In this document: one piece after another, positions 16,447-27,586 of the stretch | Layout: every line of letters starts with the position of its first letter | Position numbering within the stretch: the first letter of the stretch is position 1 | From: Bdellovibrionota bacterium | GTDB taxonomy: Bacteria > Bdellovibrionota > UBA1018 > UBA923 | Direction of reading: 5' to 3' | Assembly (NCBI GenBank): GCA_040754655.1 | Contig: JBFMCE010000034.1 | Span: 1 to 38,138 of the forward strand | Length of the DNA stretch: 38,138 nucleotides | Made by a program: the position numbers and the translations under genes | The notes under the pieces: model-generated | What the model saw: the letters and a program-made list of their open reading frames with translations, nothing else | Told to the model about the DNA's origin: nothing | Databases searched by the model: none

Positions 16447-17403
16447 ATGGCGCAAAAATTAAAGGGTCATGCTCCCAAAAACCCTCTGCTAAGCCCACGG
16501 TTTGGCGACATCGCGACTTTCGCAAGACTTCCACATATGCGCGATCTAAAGGACGTAGATGTCGCTGTTTTGGGGATCCCTTTCGATGGTGGCACAACAT
16601 ACAGGCCAGGAGCCCGTTTTGGGCCTCGCGCCATTCGAGCTGCGTCTTGTCTGAATCGCAATGTGCATCCTGTTTTTAACACCCACGTTTATGAAAAGCT
16701 GAGCGCCATTGATTACGGAGATATCAATTGCAACCCTTTGAATTTGAAGAAGGCCCACGCTGCAATTGAAGAAGAGTATAATGCTCTGCTCAAGGCAGGA
16801 ACCATCCCGATAGCCATGGGTGGAGACCACTCGATCGTGCTTCCCATCCTTCGAGCCGTCAGCCGAAGATACAAACGTTTCGGGGTAATTCATTTTGATG
16901 CTCACAATGACACGGCCGACCAGGCTTGGGGTGAAAAATTGCATCATGGGACCTGGGTGCGGCGATTGATCGAAGATGGACATCTCAAAGGCAAAGACGT
17001 CTACCAGATCGGCATTCGGCAGCCGCTCACTTCGAAAGACCAAATGGATTGGGATCGACAACAAGGGCTCACTCAAATTTCGATCGAAGAGTATCACGAG
17101 AAGGGCCTCAGATCAGTGCTCTCTAAGATTGATAAGACAATCCCGTACTACCTTAGTTTTGACATCGATGGCGTTGATCCAGCCTTTGCTCCGGGCACGG
17201 GCACGCCGGTGGTTGGCGGGCTAACGAGCTTCGAAGCCCTGGATTGCGTAAGAAAACTTCGCGGCCTGAAATTCATCGGATTTGACCTCGTTGAGGTTGC
17301 ACCGGTGTACGATCATGCGGAAATCACCTCTCTCTTGGCGGCCGCTCTCATTTTTGAATTTGTCGCGCTGATCGCAGATCAACCCAACAAGGGAAAAGCC
17401 TGA
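16447..17403 (+). CDS. speB: Agmatinase / guanidino-ureohydrolase (arginase family)
   Basis: GARFGPRAIR, GGDHS, DAHND, HGT and SFDIDGVDPAFAPGTGTP motifs. Substrate not certain. Confidence 0.88.
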   Translation: MAQKLKGHAPKNPLLSPRFGDIATFARLPHMRDLKDVDVAVLGIPFDGGTTYRPGARFGPRAIRAASCLNRNVHPVFNTHVYEKLSAIDYGDINCNPLNLKKAHAAIEEEYNALLKAGTIPIAMGGDHSIVLPILRAVSRRYKRFGVIHFDAHNDTADQAWGEKLHHGTWVRRLIEDGHLKGKDVYQIGIRQPLTSKDQMDWDRQQGLTQISIEEYHEKGLRSVLSKIDKTIPYYLSFDIDGVDPAFAPGTGTPVVGGLTSFEALDCVRKLRGLKFIGFDLVEVAPVYDHAEITSLLAAALIFEFVALIADQPNKGKA

Positions 17404-17440
17404 CTTGGCCTGAATAATAGAAAGGCGCTCCCTAAAACCG

Positions 17441-20050
17441 CTAGATCAAACCGACTGAAAAGTGAATCTGGCTGGGGTTATCTCCTCCCTGAGGATTGAG
17501 CTTAAAACCCCAATCGAGATTGATCGGACCGACTGGGGTCAGATAGTGCAGTCCCACCCCGGAACTGGCCCTGAAGAAGGGACGCTTTTCGAAGGTATCA
17601 AGATAGAGGTTTCCGGCATCAAGAAACGGGGCGATCTTGAGATCGCCGACCAAAGGCAAATCGATCTGGGTTCTCAAGTTCAGGAAAGTAAGCGTTCCCA
17701 CGAGTTTTCGTTCGTCGACGTTGATTGAATCTTCGGGGAAGCCCCGAAGCGTGCTGTATCCACCCAACCGAAATCGTTTAATAAGAGGAATTTCCCTGCC
17801 CGCGACGTTTGAGCGCTCAAACCCCGCGGCCACGACATTCGACCAAAGGATGTCTTTGGTGATGGAAGTGTATCGGTGAACGCTTCCCGTCCACTTTTGA
17901 TAAGCGTGAGCGCCGGACTCGGAGACCTTCTGTCCTGAGAACTGCGGTTGGGCGTATTCCAGCGAGCCGGTGAAGAGCCAACCAGAAGTCGTGAGAAATG
18001 GGCTGTCTCGCGTATCAACCACGATCGAGGGCACTACGCTTCCGATAAGCATCGACCGGTTGTCATCAGGAAATTGCTGGCCCTGCACGATGACGTCGAA
18101 CTGCCGAATGCGCTCAAGCTTATAAACAAGCTTCGTAGTGATCATTTTCGTGATCTTGCGCTCAAAACCCGTCATCAATGTAGTGGTCGCCGCGTTGAAA
18201 TCCGGGGGAAAACGTTGTTTCTTGGTGCTGACGCCAACGGTGTAAAGGTTTCTCGTTCCGAAAAAGCGGGGCTCGATGAAGTTCGCGTCGAACTTGTACT
18301 CTACGAATCGGTACTGGTCGTCGATACGACGGTTGCCTTCGGCGCTAAGGGCTCCGATCCAGTTTCGACCGAAAATATTGTTGTAACTCACGCGTGCGAA
18401 ACCTCGCAGGCCGAGATCTGACCTAAATCCCGGGCCAAGCTCGAGAGCTCCTGGTTCGGCCTCTTTCAAAGAGATCAACATGTCACGAAATCCCGGGCCT
18501 CGCTCAGAAGGTTCGGCGCTGACCTTCACTTCTGAGAACAAACCCAGTTTTCGGATATTCGCCTCGGTCTCTTGGATATCGGACGCGAGCCACCAATCGT
18601 CGCTTTTAACTGAGAGCTCGCGCGCCACGATGTACTCGTGGGTCTTTTGTAGCCCTCGGATTTGGATTGAGCCGATCTTGACCCGCGTTCCTTCCTGAAG
18701 CCTCAGGTTGATCTCAGCGAGCCGGTTGTTCTCAGTGAAATGAACGATATGGTCATCATGAGTCAGGATGCGAAAATCTAAGAACCCTTCGCCAATGTAC
18801 AGCGCATTTAGGCGCTGAAGGCCCTCTTCAAGCGAAAAGGGGTTGAAAGGCCTCTCCTCCTGAATCTCAAGGGTCGAAAGGATTTGTTCGAATGAAAAGT
18901 GGGAAAAGCCTTCAATGCGGATCTTGCCCACCAGTGTTTGCTCGCCCTCGGCAACCTGAATCAGAACCCTGACCCTGGGAATGTTTTTAGGGTTCTTTAC
19001 GGGTTGAACCGTCTTCGCGATGAGTTTGCTCGATAAGAACCCCCTCGCTTTCAAATCCTCAAGAACAATCAAGATCCCCTTATCGATGTCTTTTTCAATG
19101 AAGTATCCTCTCTGAACCAGCCTCGAGGTGCCTTTATCGAAAGCCTCCTTGGCAGCCTCTACATTCGCCCCGATCAAGCCTTCCCAGCGAACGCCTTCAA
19201 GCTCGGTGCGAAGGCCTTCTTTAAAAAGGAAGGTGACATGCTTCGAATAGCTGTTTTCGCTGGTGCGGGCATCGATCTTGATCTGGTTGTACGCACGAGC
19301 TTTGTATTCGTCGACGAACCGTCGTTGGATGACGCCGACGTAATCTTTTCCCAGGCCAGTCGCCCGCACTTGAGCGATGAACTCATTGAGCTCGCCCTTG
19401 GTGAAAATGGAATTTCCTTGAAAACCAAAAGTCACGCGATCGCCGTACTCCACCTCCAAAGCGAGATCGATGAAGGTTTTATTCTGATTGAACGTGAGTT
19501 TAACGTTCTCCGTACTGGCTAGAATGAAGTTTTCCGCGACCAACCACTCCTTGAGTTCCCTCAATCGGTCGCCCAAAACTTCTTCATCATATCGATCGCC
19601 CTGCTTGGTCTGCAGCACGCTGAGCATTTTGTCCCTGAACCTGTTTAAGACGTGCTTGCTCGTGAACCCAGGCGGATCATTCAATGATATCGATTTGATT
19701 TGGCACGGGGGCCCCTCCTCGACCTGTATGACAAGCGTGACTGCCATCGTCTTGGGGTCTTCCGGGTACGCCGAAACTCGAGCGCTAAAAAACCCCCTGT
19801 TGGCGTAGTATCTCGTCAGAGCTTCTTCGGTGTCTTTTGGAATTCCGTCATTCCACTTATCCCCGGACGCGAAAGGCAATGCAGCAGCGAGATCCCTAGG
19901 CGTCAGCGCGGATATGCCGACATAGCGGATTTCAACCACTCGTCTGATCGTACCTGCACTCGGTCCCTTGGCCGCATAGACGGACCCGCCAATGAGCATC
20001 GTGAGGGCCAAGGTCCAAAATTGTCGTAATGCAAATTCGCGCATGCTCAT
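17441..20050 (-). CDS. Omp85-family outer membrane protein (TamA/BamA-like, multiple POTRA domains)
   Basis: Signal peptide; POTRA repeats; barrel motifs DTRDS, GGYSTLRGF, FLDAGN and YLTPVGPINLDWG. ATGA overlap with tamB. Confidence 0.93.
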   Translation of the reverse strand: MSMREFALRQFWTLALTMLIGGSVYAAKGPSAGTIRRVVEIRYVGISALTPRDLAAALPFASGDKWNDGIPKDTEEALTRYYANRGFFSARVSAYPEDPKTMAVTLVIQVEEGPPCQIKSISLNDPPGFTSKHVLNRFRDKMLSVLQTKQGDRYDEEVLGDRLRELKEWLVAENFILASTENVKLTFNQNKTFIDLALEVEYGDRVTFGFQGNSIFTKGELNEFIAQVRATGLGKDYVGVIQRRFVDEYKARAYNQIKIDARTSENSYSKHVTFLFKEGLRTELEGVRWEGLIGANVEAAKEAFDKGTSRLVQRGYFIEKDIDKGILIVLEDLKARGFLSSKLIAKTVQPVKNPKNIPRVRVLIQVAEGEQTLVGKIRIEGFSHFSFEQILSTLEIQEERPFNPFSLEEGLQRLNALYIGEGFLDFRILTHDDHIVHFTENNRLAEINLRLQEGTRVKIGSIQIRGLQKTHEYIVARELSVKSDDWWLASDIQETEANIRKLGLFSEVKVSAEPSERGPGFRDMLISLKEAEPGALELGPGFRSDLGLRGFARVSYNNIFGRNWIGALSAEGNRRIDDQYRFVEYKFDANFIEPRFFGTRNLYTVGVSTKKQRFPPDFNAATTTLMTGFERKITKMITTKLVYKLERIRQFDVIVQGQQFPDDNRSMLIGSVVPSIVVDTRDSPFLTTSGWLFTGSLEYAQPQFSGQKVSESGAHAYQKWTGSVHRYTSITKDILWSNVVAAGFERSNVAGREIPLIKRFRLGGYSTLRGFPEDSINVDERKLVGTLTFLNLRTQIDLPLVGDLKIAPFLDAGNLYLDTFEKRPFFRASSGVGLHYLTPVGPINLDWGFKLNPQGGDNPSQIHFSVGLI

Positions 20051-23000
20051 TTGAACCTGAGTTTAAACTTCAAGTCCGCTCCTATGGACGTGCGTTGCTG
20101 TTTCAACTGCGCTCCCCGTTGGTCTTCATAGGTTCCCAAGATCGACCACTTTCGAGCAATGTCGTATTCGAGATCGATATTCTTTTCCTGGTTTCCGCCG
20201 ACTCCGACCGTCGAACCGACGGCCGCGTTCAATTTCTTCGTGATCTGTTTTTGAACCACGACTTTGGGTGAAATCGTTTCAGGTGAATCCGCGTTTGAAC
20301 GCGCCCTGAACACGTTCTCAGGCACCACCGCCTGCGACTGATCCACGCGGACTTTTACGCCAAGTTTTTCTTGGATGCCCTTATTGATCTGGGTTTGGCT
20401 GAACACGAGGCTGTACATTTCGTCTCGTGAATAAGCGCTTCGGTTCTCGCGCGCGATATTCTGAAAATCCGAAGAAGTGATTCCGAGGGTCAAAAGATTC
20501 ACGATGTCATTTTGAGAAAGCGGAGGTTGCGACTGAAACGTCAACTTATAATCGGACACGTTTCCAGAGGCGACCAAGATGACCTTGTATCCCTTGATAT
20601 CGGTCTGCCCGATCAGATTGAAGGCCGGATCGATGACGCTCGGATTGGTGAACCTCAAGTCGCCGCTCTGGATCGCGAAAAAATTGTCTTTGAAGAGAAG
20701 CTTCCCGTGCAGGATGTCGACGTTGCCGAGCAATCGCGGCGTCTGGACGCTGTTGATGACGCGAATATTCCCTTTCAATTCGGCGTCAAACAAATCGTTT
20801 CGAACGAGAATCCCTCTATCCGCGTCAAGGTTGACATCGAGATCGAAAATCTGGATCTCACCCGACCCCGAGCTTTTCTGAGGGAGAAACTTCGAAGACT
20901 TCAAGACCCTTGACCCTTCGCTCAAGCTGAAGTTCTCTCGAATGAGCGCCTCAGCCACAGACACTGAACCCTTTACCGAGTAAGGAAGCTCTTTGCCCTT
21001 GAGCGTAAGGTTCCCCGAAGTTCTGGCATAAGTCACCGGATAGACTTTCACTTTGGGGTTATCAAGCTCCATTTGGAAATCAAGATCGGGAACCTTCGAA
21101 AGATAAAGCTCTGCTGCGCCGGAACCACGAACGGCCCCTCCGGCGAATTTTGCGGCGAAACTTGAAACCTTCAGCGAGGAATCAGACCAAATCGCACTGA
21201 ACTTCAAATCTTCGAACGGCTGTTCAATTGATCGGATCCGCACATCGGCGTCTTTCATTTCAATCGCCGCCTTAACATGAGGTGAATCGGCTTTTCCGCG
21301 GATCTCAGCATCCACGTTCGCCGAACCCCTGATCGACGCGATCTCGTGCACCAAGAACTCGAAGATGCTCAAGTTTATGGTGCCGCCCATCGAATAATTG
21401 ATGTTCCCATCGCGAACCTTGCCCCTAGCCTTGAACAACGTCCCTTCTCCGCTAAAAAGAAGGTCATCAAACTCGTAATTGCCTTTGACGATATCGAGTT
21501 TCAGGGGCTTACTGAGCATCAACGAATAGCCTCTCTTCCTAAGCAAGTAGGTCTCGAGGTTCACGGTTCCAGAAAGCTTGCTCAATTCCCCGGTCTGAAA
21601 CCTTAAATGCGCGCTGCCCGACACATTCGACATCAATTCCGGGTCTTCCGACAATTCAGGGTTCAGGCCAACCAACACGGGTTGAAAATCAAAACCGCCC
21701 GCATCGATATCGATAGAAGACTGAGCGCCCGGCGCCCATCCAAGATTGACGCGCCCTTTGAGCTGGCCCCCGAATACCGACATTTCACCTTGAACCCTGC
21801 CCTGGTCAGAAACCATTGACACGGACGTGCGAGCAACCGAGAAGTTCTTGATGACGCCGTCCCCGAAATTCACGCTCAGACTGCCGTCAAGATCGCCCAG
21901 CTTCCCCGTGCCGCGCGCGATGATCTCAAGAGGCGCGCGATAAGGAATTCCAAAACTAGCCAAATGATCGATGTCGAGGGTCGAAAGACGATCTGACTTC
22001 AGGTCAAAGCTCAATACATCGTCTGCCCCGTAAACCACGCTGCCGCGGATCCATCCCAGCTTTTTCTGGAAATTGATGTTCTCAGCGACGTACGCGCCTC
22101 GGCGATATCCGGCGCGCAGTTTACCGTGCCGAAAAATCTCGCGTTTGAAATCGACATTGGTCAATTCCATATCGCCTTCAACCGAAAGGAGGTTCATGTC
22201 GGTCTTTCCCGATACCTTAATCGCGCCGCTGAGCTTGCCTGTCAGGTCTTGCGGATACCAGGGAACCGCATCCCTGATGAAGTTAGAAAAAACCGCGGCA
22301 AAATCTGAAATGGTGCCGGATGGAACCCGGATATCCATGTCGGCGGTTTCCTTGGCTCCAACATCAATGGTCCCGTTGGCGATGAATTGAGTTCGGCCTT
22401 GCGCGCCCGACAGATCGTGAAAACTCAGGAGGTCTTTTCCGTCATTGTAAACCAGCCTGCCCTTGACGTTGCCAAGGTGCAGGTTCAAGTATTGCGAACC
22501 TTTGAGGTTCGCGTCGAAAGCGAACAAGACTTCCGGTTTCTTGCCCCTGATGGTCCAGTGAAGGTCGCCGACGCCGCGAATATCGAATTGCCCGAGCTTC
22601 CCAATGTCAGCCAAATCAATGGGTCCGCTGACGTCGATATTGAAGCCATCTTTGGGATCAATCGTCCCAAATGCCTTTAAATGCGAGTGAGGGAGCTTTG
22701 CTTCGGTCTCGTAAAATTTAAAGGCCTCTTTATCGATCTTGAACTTTCCGGCGAGGTCGATCTTCGGGATCGCAAACAAGACGATGAGCGGTTTTTTATG
22801 ATCGGGTTTCTGGTTATCGAATGAGAAGTCTGTGACCGTCAGGTTCGTGCGACCGTCGACGTTGAGCTCCTTGCCGATTGAAACATTGGCATCGATCGAG
22901 CCAGAAAGGCGCATGTGCAACGGATAAACCGAATCCACAAGCGAGCCCATCAAGCGCCTGAAATCGGTATTCTCGAGCGTGGCTTTGAGCCTTAAGCTCT

Positions 23001-24144
23001 GGGTGCCTTTCGACAAGTCATACACCGTATCCGTCAGTCGAACCGTTCCATCGCCGACTTTAAGCTCGGCGGAATCCAACGAAAGGACTGGCGTCTTCCA
23101 CATTCCCTTCAGCAAGACTTGGCTAGCATGCCATTCCCCGAAACGGGCGTTCTCGAGCTCGAGCCTTGCCTTGGTCTCGATGGTGTTTTCAAAATCCATG
23201 AGGTCAGCGACAAGGGTGCCTTCGATCGTGAGCGTGCCTTCAAGCGGCACGCCCTTGGGTTTCTTGATATACCTGCCCCCAAGGTCAGGGCTCAACCAGG
23301 CGGGAAGCGGACCTCGCAAAATATACGCCAAATCGGACTTGAGCGAGGAAGGGTTGAGAACATTCCCGGCCACTTTGCCGTTCACATGCAAATTGAGCTC
23401 ATTTTCTTGCAAGCCGAGATTCCGGATCGCGATTCCTCGCGATGAAACTTCGACGCTCGCTTGAAGCTGAGAGAGCGCGTGCTTGAATTCGGGCAATTCA
23501 ACATAGGCGTTCTGAACATCCATCGCGATGTCGTAAGCCGGCAAGCTATCGACCGTGCTACGGCCAACAGTGAATTCTTTCGCGTAAAACTGAGCGCGAA
23601 TCACCGACTCCCTGCCTTTGGGCGAGAGCCTGACGTCGAGCTGGGAATCGATGAGGCTGATGCTTCTGAAGTTGAACCTCAGCAAGGTTTCCCAAGAAAA
23701 CTTTTTCGGCAGCAATCCCGTAAGGCGGCTCTTCACTTGCTGGTTCTTCTCTTGGGCTTGGAAGAACTTCTCATTCAAGTCAAGTTTTACGGTCGCTCCG
23801 TGAATCGCGAAGGCGTTGATATTCACCGACCCGGTCAGCAACTGGAAGAACTGAAAAGTGATGTCGATGAATTGAGCGTCGATTTTGGTTCCGGCGGGCA
23901 AACCAACGATATTGCGTTCCTCAAAAGTGACGGAAGGGTTCTTGATCACGACGCCCGGAGGCACGAGCTTCACGGCAAGCTCGCTGAAGTCGCCCTTCAC
24001 GTGTAGATCGACAGGCATGTATTTCTGCGCGATGTCGCGCAGGAGCGCGGCAAAAGGCTTGCTTTGAATGAAAACAAGCAACGACCCCACCAAGGCGGCG
24101 ACAGTACCGAAGAATACGAGAAAGGCCTTGGTGCGTAGTTTCAT
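20047..24144 (-). CDS. tamB: Translocation and assembly module TamB (DUF490) family protein
   Basis: 1365 aa, N-terminal TM, beta-rich. C-terminal DUF490-like LTFQSQPPLSQNDIVNLL...GADLKFKLRF. Adjacent to an Omp85 gene. Confidence 0.9.
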   Translation of the reverse strand: MKLRTKAFLVFFGTVAALVGSLLVFIQSKPFAALLRDIAQKYMPVDLHVKGDFSELAVKLVPPGVVIKNPSVTFEERNIVGLPAGTKIDAQFIDITFQFFQLLTGSVNINAFAIHGATVKLDLNEKFFQAQEKNQQVKSRLTGLLPKKFSWETLLRFNFRSISLIDSQLDVRLSPKGRESVIRAQFYAKEFTVGRSTVDSLPAYDIAMDVQNAYVELPEFKHALSQLQASVEVSSRGIAIRNLGLQENELNLHVNGKVAGNVLNPSSLKSDLAYILRGPLPAWLSPDLGGRYIKKPKGVPLEGTLTIEGTLVADLMDFENTIETKARLELENARFGEWHASQVLLKGMWKTPVLSLDSAELKVGDGTVRLTDTVYDLSKGTQSLRLKATLENTDFRRLMGSLVDSVYPLHMRLSGSIDANVSIGKELNVDGRTNLTVTDFSFDNQKPDHKKPLIVLFAIPKIDLAGKFKIDKEAFKFYETEAKLPHSHLKAFGTIDPKDGFNIDVSGPIDLADIGKLGQFDIRGVGDLHWTIRGKKPEVLFAFDANLKGSQYLNLHLGNVKGRLVYNDGKDLLSFHDLSGAQGRTQFIANGTIDVGAKETADMDIRVPSGTISDFAAVFSNFIRDAVPWYPQDLTGKLSGAIKVSGKTDMNLLSVEGDMELTNVDFKREIFRHGKLRAGYRRGAYVAENINFQKKLGWIRGSVVYGADDVLSFDLKSDRLSTLDIDHLASFGIPYRAPLEIIARGTGKLGDLDGSLSVNFGDGVIKNFSVARTSVSMVSDQGRVQGEMSVFGGQLKGRVNLGWAPGAQSSIDIDAGGFDFQPVLVGLNPELSEDPELMSNVSGSAHLRFQTGELSKLSGTVNLETYLLRKRGYSLMLSKPLKLDIVKGNYEFDDLLFSGEGTLFKARGKVRDGNINYSMGGTINLSIFEFLVHEIASIRGSANVDAEIRGKADSPHVKAAIEMKDADVRIRSIEQPFEDLKFSAIWSDSSLKVSSFAAKFAGGAVRGSGAAELYLSKVPDLDFQMELDNPKVKVYPVTYARTSGNLTLKGKELPYSVKGSVSVAEALIRENFSLSEGSRVLKSSKFLPQKSSGSGEIQIFDLDVNLDADRGILVRNDLFDAELKGNIRVINSVQTPRLLGNVDILHGKLLFKDNFFAIQSGDLRFTNPSVIDPAFNLIGQTDIKGYKVILVASGNVSDYKLTFQSQPPLSQNDIVNLLTLGITSSDFQNIARENRSAYSRDEMYSLVFSQTQINKGIQEKLGVKVRVDQSQAVVPENVFRARSNADSPETISPKVVVQKQITKKLNAAVGSTVGVGGNQEKNIDLEYDIARKWSILGTYEDQRGAQLKQQRTSIGADLKFKLRFK

Positions 24145-24986
24145 CTCGCTAATTTCTCAGTTACGTCCCGATATTTCGGATTCAAGATTTGAACCCTCCG
24201 ATAAAAATCCCGCGCCTTCGAGACATCAGACAAGTGCTCAAAAGCAAGCCCCATCAAGTAAAGAAAGTCAGCCTTCTGCGTTTCAGGAAGAGAAATGTCT
24301 CGCGCCAAGGGTTCGATGCGGATAGTGGCTTCGATCGCTTTTCCACCGTAGATGAGCGAAAGCCCGAGCAGATAAGTGCCTACGTTTCGATATTCTTCAT
24401 ACCGCATGACGCTTTCAAAAATAGCTTGCGCCACCTCGAAAAGCCCCATCTCAAGATGAGCAATCCCCATATCGATGCGATCCCGAACCTCGAGCGATAC
24501 GACGATCTTCAATACTTTCTCTTTATAAAGATCCATCTCGCCTTCGGTCGCAAAGAGGTCAGGCACGGCCCGAAGTTCAGAACGTTCTAAGTTGATCTCA
24601 AGTTCTTTTTCCAAACGCTCAAGGACAACTGACGGGGTATCGGCAAGGGCTTCATTTGAATAGAGCCGGTTCTTCCGCGCGGACTCATTGCCCAAAAGTT
24701 CTTTCGCTTCTTGTTCGAGGATCTGCTCGAGCGACGCCTTGGCCCTCAAGTGATGGGGATCTTTCCTTAAAATGCGGCGAAACACTTTCTTCGCATCTTC
24801 GAATAAGCGCTCGCCCATCAGGATCTCGCCCCTCTGCAACTCTTCACTTTCTGATGAGGAAGAATTCGCGCCGGGATCCGCCTGTGCGTCTTCCGCCAGC
24901 AAATCTTCACCGAGATCGACTTTAGAGCGACTTCCCGTCGCAGGATCTTTCGAGTTTGGTTTCATCGTTGAACCGTTTTTGTGCAT
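24141..24986 (-). CDS. TPR protein, probable SgmX/Bd2492-like
   Basis: TPR motifs (DMGIAHLEMGLFEVA, YLMGLAFE) and a C-terminal NPKYRDV. Overlaps the tamB start (ATGA). Confidence 0.7.
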   Translation of the reverse strand: MHKNGSTMKPNSKDPATGSRSKVDLGEDLLAEDAQADPGANSSSSESEELQRGEILMGERLFEDAKKVFRRILRKDPHHLRAKASLEQILEQEAKELLGNESARKNRLYSNEALADTPSVVLERLEKELEINLERSELRAVPDLFATEGEMDLYKEKVLKIVVSLEVRDRIDMGIAHLEMGLFEVAQAIFESVMRYEEYRNVGTYLLGLSLIYGGKAIEATIRIEPLARDISLPETQKADFLYLMGLAFEHLSDVSKARDFYRRVQILNPKYRDVTEKLAR

Positions 24987-25033
24987 AGCATTAAAAAGAG
25001 CGCGGAAATTTAGCTATGCCCTTAATAATTTTA

Positions 25034-26374
25034 CTAAAATTTAGGAAGGAACTCTTCCAAAAAGTGGGTGTCGTACTCGGCAGTTTTGAATCTGGGATGG
25101 AGAATTATTTTCCTCTGAAACGCGATATTGGTGTGAATACCGGCAATAACAAACTCGCTCAGCGCACTGGCCATCTTGGCAATGGCCTTTTCACGAGTTT
25201 CAGCGTGGCAAATGACCTTTCCTATCATCGAATCGTAGAACGGTAACACTTTGTATTGTTGATATACGAAGGAATCCACCCGAACTCCAAAGCCCCCCGG
25301 CGGGTGGTAGGCGGTAATCAAGCCGGGGCTGGGAGCCATGCGTTCCGGATCTTCGGCATTTACCCGGCATTCAATCGCGTGTCCGTTGAACTTCACCTGA
25401 TCTTGGGTCAGTTTGAGCTTATCACCCACCGCGATTCGAATTTGCTCCTGAATCAAATCGATGCCCGTCACCATCTCGGTGACAGGATGCTCAACCTGGA
25501 TGCGGGTATTCATTTCCATGAAATAAAAATTACGACTTTCATCAACCAGGAACTCGACCGTGCCCACATTCCAGTAACCCACGGCTTTACACAATTGGAT
25601 CGCCGCTTCACCCATCTTTTTCCTGAGCTCTTCATCGACTACGGGTGAAGGAGATTCTTCGATAAGTTTTTGGTGGCGCCTCTGGACCGTGCAATCACGC
25701 TCGCCTAAGTGGAGGTAATTACCATGGGAATCGCACAAGACCTGAATCTCAACGTGGCGAGGATGCTCGCAAAACTTCTCCATGTAACAATCGCCCAAGC
25801 CAAAAGCCGCCGCGGCCTCGGCTCTCACGCGCTCAAACGTGGTCTTGAGTTGCGCCTGATGATAAATCACCTGAATACCGCGACCGCCGCCGCCCGCAGT
25901 TGCCTTAAGCATGACTGGATAGCCAATTTCTTCCGCTTTTCGGGCCGCTTCCTCGGCGTCTTTCAAGATGCCGGTACCTGGCAACATGGGCACGCCCGCT
26001 TCGCGAGCGATGCGTCGAGCCGTTGCCTTGTCGCCCATTTTCGCGATCTGATCGGGCTTTGGTCCGATGAAAACGACATTGCATTGCTCGCACACTTGAG
26101 CAAAATCCGAGTTCTCGGCGAGAAATCCGTATCCTGGATGGATAGCATCAGCGCCGGTCAGTTCAGCTGCGCTCATAATCGAAGCGACGTTGAGATAGCT
26201 GAGCTTGGCTTGGGCAGGTCCGACGCACACAGACTCGTCAGCCAACTTCACATGAAGCGAATCTTCATCGACTTTCGAGTAAATCGCGACCGTGGATATG
26301 CCCATTTCTTTGCAAGCACGAATCACTCGCAAAGCAATCTCACCACGGTTGGCAATCAGTATTTTTTTAAACAT
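25034..26374 (-). CDS. accC: Acetyl-CoA carboxylase biotin carboxylase
   Basis: [27 protein letters not shown] and [12 protein letters not shown] motifs. Confidence 0.98.
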   Translation of the reverse strand: MFKKILIANRGEIALRVIRACKEMGISTVAIYSKVDEDSLHVKLADESVCVGPAQAKLSYLNVASIMSAAELTGADAIHPGYGFLAENSDFAQVCEQCNVVFIGPKPDQIAKMGDKATARRIAREAGVPMLPGTGILKDAEEAARKAEEIGYPVMLKATAGGGGRGIQVIYHQAQLKTTFERVRAEAAAAFGLGDCYMEKFCEHPRHVEIQVLCDSHGNYLHLGERDCTVQRRHQKLIEESPSPVVDEELRKKMGEAAIQLCKAVGYWNVGTVEFLVDESRNFYFMEMNTRIQVEHPVTEMVTGIDLIQEQIRIAVGDKLKLTQDQVKFNGHAIECRVNAEDPERMAPSPGLITAYHPPGGFGVRVDSFVYQQYKVLPFYDSMIGKVICHAETREKAIAKMASALSEFVIAGIHTNIAFQRKIILHPRFKTAEYDTHFLEEFLPKF

Positions 26375-26390
26375 GCTCCCAACAATTCAA

Positions 26391-26876
26391 TTAAACGGGT
26401 TCGATCAAAAATAGGGGCTCGCCATACTCTACCGGTTGGCCATTCTCGGCGAGAATAGAGACTATCTTTCCACTCGTTTCACTTTCGATCTCATTCATAA
26501 GCTTCATGGCTTCGACGATGCAGAGCACGTCACCCTTCTTGATCATCTGGCCCTCCCGAACATAAGGATCAGCATCGGGGGAAGGCGCGCGATAAAACGT
26601 TCCGACGAAAGGACTCATCACCTTAACGTGCTTTTCATCTTCGATCGATGAAAGATTCTTAGGAGACTCGGAAAGGGGTGGTGGACTGAGAATTGAATTC
26701 GAGACGTGAGAAGATGTGGGTTGTCCGAAGACTGCCGGCGTGGAGACCGTCGAACTCGCTCCTAAGGCCGTCTTAATGCGGAACTTTGAACGCCCATCTT
26801 CCACTTCCAGCTCGGCAAGTTTGTATTTCTTCGCGAGCGACAAAAGCTTCTCAAGGGTTTTGATATCTGCCGCCAT
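26391..26876 (-). CDS. accB: Acetyl-CoA carboxylase biotin carboxyl carrier protein
   Basis: [11 protein letters not shown] and the biotinylation motif EAMKLMNEI. Confidence 0.98.
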   Translation of the reverse strand: MAADIKTLEKLLSLAKKYKLAELEVEDGRSKFRIKTALGASSTVSTPAVFGQPTSSHVSNSILSPPPLSESPKNLSSIEDEKHVKVMSPFVGTFYRAPSPDADPYVREGQMIKKGDVLCIVEAMKLMNEIESETSGKIVSILAENGQPVEYGEPLFLIEPV

Positions 26877-26887
26877 TTTGGCCGTCC

Positions 26888-27451
26888 TTATCGATTCACT
26901 TTTTCTACGTACTTATAGTCTCTAGTATCAACCTTAATCATGTCGCCCTCCTTGAGATGCAAGGGCACGCTGACCGTCGCTCCCGTTTCAACAGTCGCGG
27001 GCTTTTGAGCATTCGTAGCCGTATCGCCTTTGAAACCCGGTTCGGTCGTGATGATCTTAAGCTCGACAAACGTCGGCAATTCAATGCCGATGGGTTTTCC
27101 GTTATGAAAAAGCACCTGAATCACGAGGTTTTCTTTCATAAAGTCTTTGGAGTCTCCGATGACCGAAGCATCCAGCGGCACTTGTTCGTAGTTCGAGGTG
27201 TTCATGAAAATAAAGTGGCTGTCTTCACGGTAGAGATACTGAAACTCGACATTCTCAAGGTCGGGTTTATCCACCTTATCACCCGACTTGAAGGTACGCT
27301 CTATCACGTTACCATTGAACATGTTCTTGAGTTTCGTGCGCACAAAGGCGCCCCCTTTACCGGGACTGACAAACTGGAAATCAACGATTGAAAAAGGAAC
27401 TCCATCAAGCTCAATCTTGAGGTTCTTTCTAAATTGGTTGGTAACGTACAT
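26888..27451 (-). CDS. efp: Elongation factor P
   Basis: [14 protein letters not shown] (Lys-type loop), GFKGDTA and KVDTR motifs. SD GAGGAG before the ATG at 27451. Confidence 0.98.
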   Translation of the reverse strand: MYVTNQFRKNLKIELDGVPFSIVDFQFVSPGKGGAFVRTKLKNMFNGNVIERTFKSGDKVDKPDLENVEFQYLYREDSHFIFMNTSNYEQVPLDASVIGDSKDFMKENLVIQVLFHNGKPIGIELPTFVELKIITTEPGFKGDTATNAQKPATVETGATVSVPLHLKEGDMIKVDTRDYKYVEKVNR

Positions 27452-27501
27452 CCCTGAAACACTCCTCGATAAATCTAAGCCGTGCAAGAATCCGGAGCTT
27501 T

Positions 27502-27537
27502 AAAAAAGCACCGCCCCTGAAAGCGGGGTGATTGCTT
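27502..27537 (-). terminator. Possible intrinsic terminator after aroQ
   Basis: Minus strand AAGCAATCACCCCGCTTTCAGGGGCGGTGCTTTTTT: imperfect GC stem plus a T6 tail. Confidence 0.45.
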
Positions 27538-27586
27538 ACGGCAATCAAAAATGTGTGGTCAGCTTAGACAAACGACACGCGGCCTG

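Noticed and set aside
16366..16455. 30-aa N-terminal extension of L13 in the ORF track
   Set aside because: It runs over the promoter and into speB; L13 similarity begins near MSTY.
17441..20050. Naming this gene bamA
   Set aside because: It is coupled to tamB and lacks skp/lpx neighbours, so it may be a TamA-role paralogue; this cannot be resolved without phylogeny.
24983..25019. GCATAGC/GCTATGC inverted repeat over the TPR start
   Set aside because: Only 7-bp arms with a 23-nt loop; compatible with chance.
25709..26458. 249-aa plus-strand ORF
   Set aside because: Antisense shadow of accC. The many other short nested ORFs in the track were rejected for the same reason.
27452..27487. N-terminal extension of EF-P
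   Set aside because: It contains the SD for the ATG at 27451.
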